Origin: an uncultured Mycoplasmatota bacterium | GTDB lineage: Bacteria; Bacillota_I; Bacilli_A; RF39; UBA660 | NCBI GenBank assembly: GCA_900552495.1 | Contig: URZY01000003.1 | Span: 110,627-174,626, forward strand | DNA: 64,000 bases | Reading direction: 5' to 3' | In this document: piece after piece, positions 27,664 to 37,940 of the stretch | Numbering within the stretch: position 1 is the first letter of the stretch | Layout: each line of letters begins with the position of its first letter | Translations under genes and position numbers: made by a program | The notes under the pieces: model-generated | Database searches by the model: none | What the model saw: the letters and a program-made list of their open reading frames with translations, nothing else | What the model was told of the DNA's origin: nothing

Positions 27664-28128
27664 TTACATTAGTATATATTTATGATTAGTATATTCAATT
27701 ATTTTAATTAAATCAGTATAGTTTAAGCATATAGTTTTTGTGTTAGTACAAGGATGAACTAAAATATTTTGCATTTTTAGATCTTGATCAATAATTACTA
27801 ACACTTTTTTATTTAAATCGTTAATTATTCCTAAGGGTGTAACACTACCTGGTTCTAGTTTTAAGTACTCATATAATTCTTCGGCGGAGGCAAATCTTAA
27901 ATTTTTGGTGTTTAAGAGTGTTTCTAATTTCTTAAGATTAGCCTTTTTATTTTCTTCTAGAACTACTAAGTAATAGTTTTTATGCTTATCTTTTAAAAAT
28001 AGGTTTTTACACCCAATCCCCGGTAAGGTTATGTTGGCAGCCTTGGCTTCTGCAACAGTATAGACCGCTTCATGGACTTGCTCCTGAAAAGAAATATTTA
28101 AGTCGACAAGATATTTATAAATATTCAT
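27664..28128 (-). CDS. YbaK/ProX-family aminoacyl-tRNA deacylase (prolyl-tRNA synthetase associated editing domain)
   Basis: 154 aa; KNLFLKDKH..YYLVV...LKKLE..L....LRFASAEEL...L.LEPGSVTPLG pattern. Confidence 0.65.
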   Translation of the reverse strand: MNIYKYLVDLNISFQEQVHEAVYTVAEAKAANITLPGIGCKNLFLKDKHKNYYLVVLEENKKANLKKLETLLNTKNLRFASAEELYEYLKLEPGSVTPLGIINDLNKKVLVIIDQDLKMQNILVHPCTNTKTICLNYTDLIKIIEYTNHKYILM

Positions 28129-29147
28129 TACTTTGACTCCGTATTTTGATCATACTCATCAACTACACTGCCAAGAATGTGTTCAATTATATCTTCGACT
28201 GTAACTATACCAATATACTCACCTTTTTCTTTAACAATAGCCATGGCTTCATAATTAGAATTTAACAAGAGAAAAGCATCATCAATAATTGTCTTACTAT
28301 CTAATTTTTCAACCTTGCGAAGGTATCTATAAACATTAAAGTCCTTATCGCGACCAAGAATAATATCCTTAATATTAATAATTCCTAAGATTTTACCGTC
28401 TTTTTCAATAGGAAAACGAGTAAATTTTGATTTGGCAACTTTAGAGAACATTTCTTCTGGTGTATCATTGACATTAATAGTAATAACTTTGTTTTTTGGA
28501 GTCATAACATCCTTAATTGAAGTGTCATTAAATTCAAAAACATTTAATAATAAACGTTTTTCTAGTTCTTCGAGGTTGGAATCAATAATTGTGTCTTTTA
28601 ATTCATCTTCAGTACTTTCTTCTTGCTTATTTATTTTGAAAAGACGTTCTAAAATATTAGTCGAAAAGGTCAAAACTGCGATGAATGGTTTAAAGAACCA
28701 AATTACGGCATAAATAATATCTACCATTTTAAAGGCAATTTGATCTGGATGAGCAATACCAAGTTTCTTTGGTAATAATTCTCCAAAAACCAAAGTAAAG
28801 TAAGAAAGAATTATAGTAATTACAACTATTAAAATCGTTGTGATGGTTCCTGTTGATAAGTAAGAGATATTAATTAGGCTGGCAAGTTCTCCAGCAAAAC
28901 TTTCGGCGGCAAAAGCGCTAGATAAAAAGCCGGATAGTGTAATGGCCACCTGAATAGCGGATAGAAATGTTGAGGAGTCATTAAGTAAGTTAATTATTTT
29001 AGTAGCTTTCTTATTCCCCTTTTTAGCTTCTTTATTTAATTTATATTTGTTAACTGAAAGAAAGGCTATTTCAGTGGCAGAAAAGACACCATTTATTAAT
29101 ATTAATATAATTAAAAGTATTATTTTCAATAACATATATCCTCCCAA
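28128..29147 (-). CDS. DUF21 (CNNM) + tandem CBS domain membrane protein (HlyC/CorC family)
   Basis: 339 aa; N-terminal 4-TM DUF21 region beginning LLKIILLIILILINGVFSATEIAF, then two CBS repeats. Confidence 0.75.
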   Translation of the reverse strand: MGGYMLLKIILLIILILINGVFSATEIAFLSVNKYKLNKEAKKGNKKATKIINLLNDSSTFLSAIQVAITLSGFLSSAFAAESFAGELASLINISYLSTGTITTILIVVITIILSYFTLVFGELLPKKLGIAHPDQIAFKMVDIIYAVIWFFKPFIAVLTFSTNILERLFKINKQEESTEDELKDTIIDSNLEELEKRLLLNVFEFNDTSIKDVMTPKNKVITINVNDTPEEMFSKVAKSKFTRFPIEKDGKILGIINIKDIILGRDKDFNVYRYLRKVEKLDSKTIIDDAFLLLNSNYEAMAIVKEKGEYIGIVTVEDIIEHILGSVVDEYDQNTESK

Positions 29148-29219
29148 TAATTTTGTATTTCTTATTTATTATAACATACTCTAATTAGAGAAAAAAATAA
29201 AAGATAATCAAATGCTTAA

Positions 29220-29738
29220 TTATCTTTTGTATTCTTGTAATAATCCACGATATATTTCCTTCATTGCTTGAACGTTTTCATAATCAGCTGGTTTTACTAC
29301 TTCTGGCAGTTTCAAAACTTGTGATTGTTCTAGAGCATATTTTACAAATTCAGCGCAATAGAAATGTCTTTCTCGTCTTATTTTGACATTTAAAGCTGCC
29401 GAAAGTAAACCGATGAAGTTGAAACGATAGGTATTCTTATTTTGTTGAATTTCTTTAATGATACTTTCTAACTTGTTGTACTTGTTTTCATCTATTTCTA
29501 AGGAATAAACTTTACATTTTGTTTTTTTAAATCTTTTAAAAGTACCCTCATCTATTTTCTCATGAACAAAACCGGCAAAAATTGGAGTATATGGATTAAG
29601 TCGACCAAAACTATACATTTGGTTAAGTTTTGAATCTAAGGCAATTGAGACATGAGAATATTCCTTTCTAGTGTAGATTTTAATAATTTTAGAAAGAAAT
29701 GTTCCGGTATATGTTAGTACTATATATATCTTTTTCAT
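29220..29738 (-). CDS. YiiX/YebB-like permuted papain-fold (NlpC/P60 superfamily) protein
   Basis: 172 aa; SHVSIAL...HFYCAEFV resembles the YiiX family His/Cys motifs; tentative. Confidence 0.4.
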   Translation of the reverse strand: MKKIYIVLTYTGTFLSKIIKIYTRKEYSHVSIALDSKLNQMYSFGRLNPYTPIFAGFVHEKIDEGTFKRFKKTKCKVYSLEIDENKYNKLESIIKEIQQNKNTYRFNFIGLLSAALNVKIRRERHFYCAEFVKYALEQSQVLKLPEVVKPADYENVQAMKEIYRGLLQEYKR

Positions 29739-29748
29739 TTATTACCAC

Positions 29749-30264
29749 CTACTTATTTTTACTTAATATATTAATAATTATTAAACCAGCTACTAACAGT
29801 ACTATAATTGGTAAAACTATATAATAAGGAATGCTTATTAGGATAGCAAAAAAGATAATAGCCATGGCTAGGCCAAAGGTAATTAAAATTCTAGGGACTA
29901 TTTTAGGAATGGAAAAACCTTCTCCAGCAACGCTTATTCTATTAATAGTAGCTGTTGGAAGGTATTTTCCACGAAGTTTAACACCAATAGGAATATTTTG
30001 TCTAGTGGTAATAACTTCTTCTAATTCCTGATTGTTATATGTAAATTTAAAAGTAGTTAAATAAATCTCCCCTACTTTTGTATTAGAACTGTTAAGTTTA
30101 TCTTCTTTTTGGACTGAGATAACTTCGAATAAGGTAGATACTCCATTTTTTTCAAAATCCAAATTCACTTTTCTAATATAGAGTCCAACGACTAAAGATA
30201 AAAAACTTATTAGTCCTAAGACTATTAAAATAATAATATTTTCCATCCCTACCACAAAAACCAC
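29749..30264 (-). CDS. Hypothetical membrane protein (N- and C-terminal TM helices flanking a beta-rich domain; DUF3592-like topology)
   Basis: 171 aa; hydropathy pattern only. Confidence 0.35.
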   Translation of the reverse strand: MVFVVGMENIIILIVLGLISFLSLVVGLYIRKVNLDFEKNGVSTLFEVISVQKEDKLNSSNTKVGEIYLTTFKFTYNNQELEEVITTRQNIPIGVKLRGKYLPTATINRISVAGEGFSIPKIVPRILITFGLAMAIIFFAILISIPYYIVLPIIVLLVAGLIIINILSKNK

Positions 30265-30366
30265 TACTCTTTCTTTTTTTAATTATACTACACTTTTTAT
30301 AAATTTGAAGAAAAATTTGAAGATTATTCTTTGATTGTTTGCTATAATGACTGATGGTGATTATGT

Positions 30367-31716
30367 GTGAAAATTATTATAGTCGGAGTGGGAAAACTCG
30401 GTGAATATTTAGCAAAATGTCTAGTAAAGGAAGGAAATGCGGTTACTTTAGTAGATGTCAGTTTTATGACAAGTATGGATGTTATTAATAATGAAGATCT
30501 TAACTATGTTGTTGGTAGTGGTCTTGATGCCAATGTATTAAATGAAGCTGGTATTAGTGATGCCGATTTATTAATTAGCGTTATGGAAAGTGATGAGCAA
30601 AATGTAATGTGTAGTCTTCTTGGAAGAAAATTAGGAGCTAAACATACAATTGCAAGGATTAGGACACCAGAATATTCAAATACAGTTAATCTTTTGAAAG
30701 ATGAATTAGGATTATCAATGCTTATAAATCCGGAAGCACTTACAGCAACGCAAATTGCTAGAGCATTAAGTATTCCAAGTGCGATGGAGGCTATTACATT
30801 TTTAAAGGGGCGAATTCAGTTAGTATCGTTTAAAGTAAAAGAAAATAGTCCAATTGATAAAATTACAGTTAGTGGTATTTCCAAGAAAGTTGGTAATTTA
30901 ATTATTTGTGCAATTGAGCGTGAGGAAAATATTATTGTACCTAGTGGAAATACAAAGCTTTTGGCTAATGATAAAATTTATGTTAGTGGCGATACTAAAG
31001 CAATTAATCAATTTTTAATCTTTTCTGAATTGATTCAAGAAAAAACAAAGAAGGTTATTATAAGTGGTGGCTCTTCAACGGCAGTTTATTTAGCTAAAAG
31101 CTTACTTGAGATGGGAATGCAAGTAAAGATTATTGAGATTAATGAAGAAAGATGTAAAGTTTTGAGTGAGAAATTACCAAAGGCCTTAATTATTCATGGT
31201 GATGTATCTGATCAAAATATTTTATTTGAAGAAGGAATTGAGTCAAGTGATGCATTCATTGCACTTACCAGTATAGATGAAGAAAATATTGTTTACTCCA
31301 TGTTTGCCTCAATGCATAAAGTTCCAAAAGTTATTACTAAAATTAACCATATTAACCTAGATGGAATTGTAGATAAGGCTCATATTGATACGGTGATTAC
31401 ACCACATAAAATTGCATCACATCAAATTGTAAAATATGTAAGAGCTATGCAAAATAGTAATCGTAGTAGTTGTGAAGCTTTATATTCGGTTGATGAGGCT
31501 TTTGAAATGCTAGAATTTACGATAAAGAAAGATTTTAAACAATTAAATAAAAAAATTAAGGAAATTAATTTTAAAGAAGGGTCATTAATTATTGCAATTA
31601 TGCGTGGGAAGCAGATTATATTTCCTACTGGAAACGATATTATTAAGAAAGGAGACATTGTCGTCATTGTTGATACTACGGAAACAGTTAAGGATCTCAA
31701 TGACATTTTAGCGTAA
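30367..31716 (+). CDS. trkA: Trk potassium uptake system peripheral protein TrkA (two TrkA-N/TrkA-C repeats); GTG start
   Basis: 449 aa; two Rossmann motifs (IIIVGVGKLG; VIISGGSSTAVYLAKSL); extended -10 TGcTATAAT at ~30341. Confidence 0.85.
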   Translation: MKIIIVGVGKLGEYLAKCLVKEGNAVTLVDVSFMTSMDVINNEDLNYVVGSGLDANVLNEAGISDADLLISVMESDEQNVMCSLLGRKLGAKHTIARIRTPEYSNTVNLLKDELGLSMLINPEALTATQIARALSIPSAMEAITFLKGRIQLVSFKVKENSPIDKITVSGISKKVGNLIICAIEREENIIVPSGNTKLLANDKIYVSGDTKAINQFLIFSELIQEKTKKVIISGGSSTAVYLAKSLLEMGMQVKIIEINEERCKVLSEKLPKALIIHGDVSDQNILFEEGIESSDAFIALTSIDEENIVYSMFASMHKVPKVITKINHINLDGIVDKAHIDTVITPHKIASHQIVKYVRAMQNSNRSSCEALYSVDEAFEMLEFTIKKDFKQLNKKIKEINFKEGSLIIAIMRGKQIIFPTGNDIIKKGDIVVIVDTTETVKDLNDILA

Positions 31717-31721
31717 GTAAG

Positions 31722-33137
31722 ATGAAAAATAAATTAGTATATAAATATATCGGAAAGGTATTGATTGCTTTTGCGTTATTGATGATTTTTCCTATTATTG
31801 TAAGTGTTATTTATAAAGAAAATATTTTACCTTTTTTGATACCGACAGGACTAAGTCTTGGTATTGGCTTAGTCTTAAACTCTATTAATACTAAAAAGAA
31901 ACTGCTATATGCTAAAGACGGGTTTATAATAGTTGCACTTTCTTGGATTATTACAAGCATTTTAGGTGCTCTTCCAATGTGGTTAAGTGGAGATGCTACT
32001 TTTGTGGATGGATTATTTGAAGCGGTATCTGGTTTAACGACAACTGGTGCGACAGTATTTAGAAATGTAGAAGGGCTAGGTAAAGGGGTTTTGTTTTGGC
32101 GTTCTTTTATGCATTTTATTGGAGGAATGGGAGTCTTGACTTTTGTAATGGCAATTATTCCTTTATCTGGCAATGATAAATCAATGCATGTTCTTAAAGC
32201 CGAGATGCCTGGTCCTTCTGTGGCCAAATTAGCTCCAAGTATCAAAAAAACGCTTCTTTATCTATATGGGATATATTTATTTTTGACAGCTGTCGAGTGC
32301 TTTTTACTATTGTGTGGGGGAATGAGTTTTTTTGAAAGTTTGCTTACCTCTTTTTCAACAGCCGGAACCGGTGGCTTTTCAGTTCTTAATTCAAGTATGG
32401 CTAGTTATTCAACATTTAATAAATATGTAGTTGCAATATTTATGTTCTTGTTTGGAGTTAATTTTAACATTTATTTTCTAATTTTAATGAAAGACTTAAA
32501 AAATGCTTTAAATAGTGAAGAATTACGAACTTATATTGGAATATTTGTTTGCTCAGTATTATTCATTTTTCTTAACACTTATAATTTATTTAATAATTTG
32601 CAAGAAGCATTTACACAAGCGTTTTTTCATGTTAGTTCAATTATGACAAGTACAGGATTTAGTATAGGAAACATTAATATTTATCCAACTGCATGTCAAG
32701 TATTAATCTTATGCCTAATGATTATAAGTGCTTGTTCAGGTAGTACTTGTGGAGGATTTAAAATTGCAAGATTGCTAATTGTTGGTAAAACTATAAAACG
32801 AGAAGTTTTGAAAGCAATTCATCCTAATAGTGTTAGAAGTATAACATTTGAGGGAAAGAAAATTGATGAGGATACGGTCAGAAGTACTTGTAATTATATG
32901 TTACTATATGCAATATTTTTGATAGCCACTATCTTTATTATTAGCTTTGATAAAGTTACTTTCTCACAAGCGGTTAATTCTGTATTTACTGCTTTTGGGA
33001 ATGTTGGACTTTGTTTTGAAATTGAAAATTTTGCAAATTTTACTTCTCTTTCAAAAGTGGTTTTGTCAACAGCAATGTTACTAGGACGATTGGAAATATT
33101 ACCAATGATAGTTCTGTTTAGTGATTTGAAAAAGTAG
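31722..33137 (+). CDS. trkH: TrkH/KtrB-family potassium transporter membrane subunit
   Basis: 471 aa polytopic; selectivity-filter-like GLTTTGATV and TAGTGGFS motifs. Confidence 0.85.
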   Translation: MKNKLVYKYIGKVLIAFALLMIFPIIVSVIYKENILPFLIPTGLSLGIGLVLNSINTKKKLLYAKDGFIIVALSWIITSILGALPMWLSGDATFVDGLFEAVSGLTTTGATVFRNVEGLGKGVLFWRSFMHFIGGMGVLTFVMAIIPLSGNDKSMHVLKAEMPGPSVAKLAPSIKKTLLYLYGIYLFLTAVECFLLLCGGMSFFESLLTSFSTAGTGGFSVLNSSMASYSTFNKYVVAIFMFLFGVNFNIYFLILMKDLKNALNSEELRTYIGIFVCSVLFIFLNTYNLFNNLQEAFTQAFFHVSSIMTSTGFSIGNINIYPTACQVLILCLMIISACSGSTCGGFKIARLLIVGKTIKREVLKAIHPNSVRSITFEGKKIDEDTVRSTCNYMLLYAIFLIATIFIISFDKVTFSQAVNSVFTAFGNVGLCFEIENFANFTSLSKVVLSTAMLLGRLEILPMIVLFSDLKK

Positions 33138-33162
33138 GACATTACTTATGTCCTTTTTTTGT
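33137..33162 (+). terminator. Rho-independent terminator after trkH (aggacat-tactt-atgtcct + T7)
   Basis: Perfect 7-bp stem, T-run. Confidence 0.7.
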
Positions 33163-33194
33163 TTTAAAAAGTTTGTTATAATTTAGGAATAGAG

Positions 33195-34454
33195 GTGATA
33201 AAGATGTTAACGATACCTGAAAAACCTGTTATTGTAAAAAATAAGGACTTTCAAACAATTATTGTTAGGGTAATGTTTCCTTATCAGGAGAAAGATGAGG
33301 ACTTAACTAAATTAACGATGCTACCTAACATGCTGATGTATATGAACAATAAGTATCCAACAGAAAGTGAATTTCAAACTAATAGAAAAAAGAAATATAT
33401 TTTAAATTTGAATTGTAGTAAGATGGTTGTTGGAACATCAATGTGTCTATGCTTTAATTTGGTAATTCCCGATGCTGAGGCTTTAGGTTTTGATAACTTT
33501 GATGAGCAATTTGAATTCTTTAGCGAAATGATCTATAACCCTAAAGTTAAAGATGGAGGATTTGACGAATTTGAAGTAAATCGTGAATTAAAGAACTTGA
33601 AATTAGGAATTGAAAACGGTTTAAAGGATATAAGAGTCTATCATAATGTTCGAGGATTAGAACTTGTAGATGATGAGGGAATTCTATCAAGAACAGTTCA
33701 CAATCATTGTCAACAATTGAAAGAGGTTACGAAAGAAAACTTATATGAACTATATTTAGATGTTATTAATAAATATAGGCCTGCTATTTTTGTATTTGGA
33801 AATATTGATGAAAAAAGAATTAACGAATTGGCAAATAAATATTTATATAAAAATAAAGAGGCTCTAATAAAATTTGAAAATGAGTATAATCATTTCTTAA
33901 AAGTAAGGGACAATGTTCAAATAGTTTGTGAAAAGAAAGACTTTAAAGATTCTGCCATTTCTTTGTACTATAAAATTAGAGATATTGATGAAAGCGATTT
34001 TACTAAAATTAGTTTGGTTAAAGGATTACTTAGTTCCCTATCTTCTAGATTGCTAAATAAAAAATTACGTGATGAAAATGATCTTGTTTATGCTTCAAAT
34101 GTGGCCACTTATTTTCGATTTGGAGTTTTTGAAATTACTGCATATATTAATAAAAATAGTAAAGATATTGTTATTGAAAAGATTAAAGAAGTTATGAATG
34201 ACTTAAAAGATCCTGATATGATAAGTGATTATTTGGAAAATATTAAGGAGCGTCGACGTATAGGATTGATTAAAAGTTTGGACGAAAAATTTGCTTTATT
34301 AGCTGATGTGGTCGGAGAAAAACTCGAGGTGGAAAAACGTGCAAGTGCGCGCTATGAGGAAGCTTTGACTGTTAGTGCAACTGATATTTCAGAATTTATG
34401 AATAGATTTGTACTTGATACAATTTATTTTGTTGAGGAGGGATCACATGAGTAA
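33195..34454 (+). CDS. M16-family peptidase-like protein, non-catalytic partner (no HxxEH)
   Basis: 419 aa; M16 fold-like length and composition, lacks the inverted zinc motif; coupled to the downstream catalytic M16 gene. Confidence 0.55.
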   Translation: MIKMLTIPEKPVIVKNKDFQTIIVRVMFPYQEKDEDLTKLTMLPNMLMYMNNKYPTESEFQTNRKKKYILNLNCSKMVVGTSMCLCFNLVIPDAEALGFDNFDEQFEFFSEMIYNPKVKDGGFDEFEVNRELKNLKLGIENGLKDIRVYHNVRGLELVDDEGILSRTVHNHCQQLKEVTKENLYELYLDVINKYRPAIFVFGNIDEKRINELANKYLYKNKEALIKFENEYNHFLKVRDNVQIVCEKKDFKDSAISLYYKIRDIDESDFTKISLVKGLLSSLSSRLLNKKLRDENDLVYASNVATYFRFGVFEITAYINKNSKDIVIEKIKEVMNDLKDPDMISDYLENIKERRRIGLIKSLDEKFALLADVVGEKLEVEKRASARYEEALTVSATDISEFMNRFVLDTIYFVEEGSHE

Positions 34455-35694
34455 GATTGAAAGTGTCAAACTAAATAATGGACTAACTATTTATTTCTAT
34501 ACGGATAAAAAACGCCATTCAACGTTTTTTCAACATATAACATTGTTTGGGGGAAGTTCAAAAGATTTTATAGTTGATGGCAAGGAATATCATATGCAGG
34601 ATGGAATTGCTCATATTCTAGAACATTATATTGTTGAAGCAAATGCTAATGGAAGCTTTTTAAAAATATTAGGTGAAGCTCAGATGGCAACGAATGCATC
34701 AACACATTATAATATGACACGTTACTACTTTGAGGCAGTTGAGAAAGTAGAATTTGGAATTAAGACAATCTTAAAAAGTATTTACTCCCCTATTTTTTCT
34801 TCTGAAAAGTTGGAAAAAATAAAGAAGCCAATTCTTCAAGAAATACGAGGAAAAATGGGGAGCAAGTTTTATCATAGTAATAGAAAAACGCTCGATAACT
34901 GTTTTTCTAAAATAAGAGTTCGTGATATTGGTGGAACACTTGAAGAAGTGGCAGAAACAACAGTTGAAGACTTAAAAATATGTTTTGAGGCGTTTTACCA
35001 ACCAAAAAATCAATTTATTGTTGTCGGAGGAAATTTTGATAAGGATAAAATCTTGAAAATAATTAAGGATTTTTATAAAAACTTAAATATAAAAGAAAAA
35101 AGTGTTAAACTTATTAAAATGGAAGAACCAAAGGAAGTTGCTTCTAATAAAGGAATAGTAGAATTCCCAACAGCTAAAGATTATTTGGAAATTACTTATA
35201 AGGTCAATGTTAAAAGCTTAGACATAAAAGAAAGATTAAAACTAGATTTTTATTTGCATTACTTCTTTAATATGTATTTTGGAGCGACATCTAATTTATA
35301 TAAAAAACTAGTTGATGAAAAGATTATTACAACAGGTCTTAAATGCAATGATTTTTCAATGGAAGATTATATCTTAATTTCTGTCGGAGCTTATTCCGAG
35401 AAAAATGATTTATTAGAGAAATATATTAGAGAGACTTTTTTGAAACTAGAGTCTTTTAATGAAGAAGTATTTGAAATTGATAAACGTGAATCTATTATTA
35501 GATTAGTATTACGTAAAGAAAACTTATTTGATACAATTATGCCTTTTGTAAGTAATATTGTGGAGTTTAATTATCCCTATCCAGATGAAGTTAGTGATAT
35601 TGAAACTTTTAATTTTAATGATTTTGTAAACACTATAAAAGGATTAGATTTTAGTAATAGTACTATTACATTAATAAAAAATAAAGAGACTTAA
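34447..35694 (+). CDS. M16-family zinc peptidase (pitrilysin/insulinase-like), catalytic subunit
   Basis: Inverted zinc-binding motif HILEH (GIAHILEHYIVE); start taken at the ATG with RBS gaggaggga, overlapping the upstream gene by 8 nt. Confidence 0.7.
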   Translation: MSKIESVKLNNGLTIYFYTDKKRHSTFFQHITLFGGSSKDFIVDGKEYHMQDGIAHILEHYIVEANANGSFLKILGEAQMATNASTHYNMTRYYFEAVEKVEFGIKTILKSIYSPIFSSEKLEKIKKPILQEIRGKMGSKFYHSNRKTLDNCFSKIRVRDIGGTLEEVAETTVEDLKICFEAFYQPKNQFIVVGGNFDKDKILKIIKDFYKNLNIKEKSVKLIKMEEPKEVASNKGIVEFPTAKDYLEITYKVNVKSLDIKERLKLDFYLHYFFNMYFGATSNLYKKLVDEKIITTGLKCNDFSMEDYILISVGAYSEKNDLLEKYIRETFLKLESFNEEVFEIDKRESIIRLVLRKENLFDTIMPFVSNIVEFNYPYPDEVSDIETFNFNDFVNTIKGLDFSNSTITLIKNKET

Positions 35695-35706
35695 AATTGG
35701 TCTCTT

Positions 35707-36390
35707 TTAAAATAGATTCTTATTGGTTTGATTATCATTAAATATATATTTTTTAGCTGGCTTTTTTCCTTCAAAGTTAACAGTTTGATTTGTGTCAACA
35801 ATGATTTTTTGAGTAAGAAGTTTTTTTCGAAAGTTGCGGCGATCAATGGAGATTCCTAAAATATTCTCATAAACTTTATGTAGTTCTGGAATTGTAAAAC
35901 CATTAGGATAAAATTTTTTTAAGATATTTGAAGAGGTAATCATTTCTTTTAATTTGTCTATAGCAGATAAAAGTAATTTATTATGGTCATAGGCAAGGCT
36001 TGGAACTTCTGTTATTTTAAACCAATTTGCATCACTAGTTTTAGTAGTAGTTCTTAAGATGTTTGCTTGGGCAATGTCAACTAAGCCTATAAAAATAAAA
36101 GCGAACATTCTTTGGAGTGGTGAGCGATTTAAATCATCATTTAGACTAGCAAAAGTTAACTCAATATTTTCAAGATTAGTTTTTTCTTTTAGTTCTCTTT
36201 TAGCTGCATCCAATATTAACTCGTTGTTGTACATTGCTCCACTTGGTAAAGCCCAGGCATCTTTAAATGGTTCATTGGTTCTTTTTATAAGTAAAACTTT
36301 AATTTCACCTTTATCAATAGTAAAAATAGCAGTTATGACATGTGCACCAATATTTTTATATAAGGGATTTTTTAATTCCAAGTTAATCAC
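35707..36390 (-). CDS. Nudix-domain + winged-helix protein (NrtR-like ADP-ribose-responsive regulator / ADP-ribose pyrophosphatase)
   Basis: 227 aa; Nudix fold with degenerate Nudix box (LDAAKRELKEKTNL), C-terminal ~70-aa wHTH-like region. Confidence 0.55.
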   Translation of the reverse strand: MINLELKNPLYKNIGAHVITAIFTIDKGEIKVLLIKRTNEPFKDAWALPSGAMYNNELILDAAKRELKEKTNLENIELTFASLNDDLNRSPLQRMFAFIFIGLVDIAQANILRTTTKTSDANWFKITEVPSLAYDHNKLLLSAIDKLKEMITSSNILKKFYPNGFTIPELHKVYENILGISIDRRNFRKKLLTQKIIVDTNQTVNFEGKKPAKKYIFNDNQTNKNLF

Positions 36391-36445
36391 TCCTTTACTT
36401 ATATATTATGTGTATTTTAAACAGTTGTCAAATAAAAATAGGATA

Positions 36446-36934
36446 CTAATACCCTATTTCTTTTAATAAAATATTTACTTCATTGCGATAGACATCATCA
36501 ACATTACTATATAAAACGGTGCTTCCTACTCTAGAAACGATGCTGTATTTGCCATTACAGATTTGTGTATATTTTGAAAAATTTCCAACATTAAGTTCAT
36601 TATAAGAACCTTGCCCACCGAGTGTATCGCGTTCTTTGACATAATAACTTTGAGCGGCGGCTTCGCTATTAAAAATATAAAATTCTAACTTATAAAAGTT
36701 CGACGGATGAGTTGCAACAAAATATGATTCAATTGACGACTGATTAGCTACTAAAGTGGTTTCGTCAACGACAGTAAAATTCTTCACTTTTAATGATTCT
36801 TGAAAAGTTTCACTATTTAGTGCTTCTTTAGTGTCACCACAGCCAATTACTAAAATTGATAAGATTGGTATTAATAAAATAAGTGCTAGTTTTTTCATAA
36901 GTATTCTCCTTAATATAATTAAAGTATAACACAT
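36446..36934 (-). CDS. Small lipoprotein of unknown function
   Basis: Lipobox LVIGCGD after signal peptide; weak hairpin overlaps the stop. Confidence 0.5.
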   Translation of the reverse strand: MCYTLIILRRILMKKLALILLIPILSILVIGCGDTKEALNSETFQESLKVKNFTVVDETTLVANQSSIESYFVATHPSNFYKLEFYIFNSEAAAQSYYVKERDTLGGQGSYNELNVGNFSKYTQICNGKYSIVSRVGSTVLYSNVDDVYRNEVNILLKEIGY

Positions 36935-36999
36935 TTAATTTTTTTAGTATACAAAGTATATTATTTTAAAATTAAGTAATACTAGTAAGGGAGGACTTT

Positions 37000-37434
37000 A
37001 TGAAAGAAGAGAAAAATATAAATTTATTGGATGACTTAAACAAAGGATGCTGTATGGGAAGAGATGCAGTTAGTTATGTTGTTGAAAAGATTGAAGGTAA
37101 AAGTTTTAAGAAAGAAGTTGAAAAATTACTAGAAGAATATGAAGATTTGGAGGAAAAAATCAATAAAGTTTATACTAAGTATAGTGACGGTGAACCAAGA
37201 GAAACTACAATTATGAATAAAGTAATGACCTGGTATGGGATTAATATTAGAACATTAAAAGATACTAGTGCAACTAAGTTAGCAGAGATGCTCTTACAAG
37301 GTTTAAATATGGGAATAATTGATGGTAAAAAACTTCTAAATCATGAAGATGCTGATAAAAAAGTAATAGGTCTAATAAAGGACTATGTAGATATGCAAGA
37401 AAAATATGTTGAAAAAATAAAGGAATTCTTATAA
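37000..37434 (+). CDS. Hypothetical helical protein (144 aa; four-helix-bundle/ferritin-like guess)
   Basis: Strong RBS gggagg; no recognised motif. Confidence 0.35.
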   Translation: MKEEKNINLLDDLNKGCCMGRDAVSYVVEKIEGKSFKKEVEKLLEEYEDLEEKINKVYTKYSDGEPRETTIMNKVMTWYGINIRTLKDTSATKLAEMLLQGLNMGIIDGKKLLNHEDADKKVIGLIKDYVDMQEKYVEKIKEFL

Positions 37435-37448
37435 AAAGAAATATAATT

Positions 37449-37862
37449 TTATATTTCTTTTTCTTTGTAATCATAATCCCAAAAACTTAATTTACCATTT
37501 ATTGAAATAGGATTTACTTCTTGAATGTTTTCTAATTTAAAGCCATAACCTTGCCAAGAAGAATCATTTCTTAAAACGCCATGGTAAATTAGAGAATCTT
37601 TTTCTCTTAAATATTTTTTTAATTTATCATCAACAGCTATGCAGTCTGTGATAGTGGCTTTAGCAATTATTTGACCGCATGGATATTCTAAATTTAAATG
37701 TTCATAACGTTTCATAGCTTCTTTGTCGATGCCTTTACCAGCATGAATAAGAATATCGCCACGATATTTGGTTCGCCAAGTACGAAACTCATATTCCTTA
37801 TAACCTTTAGCAATTAGGGTTGCGAAGGGCTGCTTAATAGTTAGTACTTTCAAAGTTATCAC
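37449..37862 (-). CDS. ASCH (PUA-like) domain protein
   Basis: 137 aa; IKQPFATLIAKGYKEYEFRTWRTKYRGDILIHAG matches the ASCH N-terminal signature. Confidence 0.65.
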   Translation of the reverse strand: MITLKVLTIKQPFATLIAKGYKEYEFRTWRTKYRGDILIHAGKGIDKEAMKRYEHLNLEYPCGQIIAKATITDCIAVDDKLKKYLREKDSLIYHGVLRNDSSWQGYGFKLENIQEVNPISINGKLSFWDYDYKEKEI

Positions 37863-37940
37863 CTCTTTTTCATTATAGCAAACAATTGAATTTATGAGAA
37901 GAATATGTTATAATAGCCAGTTAACTGAGGGGGATGAAAA

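Noticed and set aside
30265-30366. Possible c-di-AMP (ydaO-type) riboswitch upstream of trkA
   Set aside because: Only ~100 nt of intergenic DNA, most of it taken by an extended -10 promoter and RBS; no room for the ~140-nt aptamer and no recognisable conserved motifs
34408-34446. Upstream start of the second M16 ORF (MYLIQFILL...)
   Set aside because: No RBS, and it overlaps the partner gene by 47 nt; the ATG at 34447 has a gaggaggga RBS and starts at the conserved N-terminus
36436-36459. Palindrome aaatagg...cctattt near the NrtR-like gene as an NrtR operator
   Set aside because: It overlaps the stop codon of the lipoprotein gene and reads as a weak terminator hairpin; it does not match a Nudix-regulator operator that I can recall
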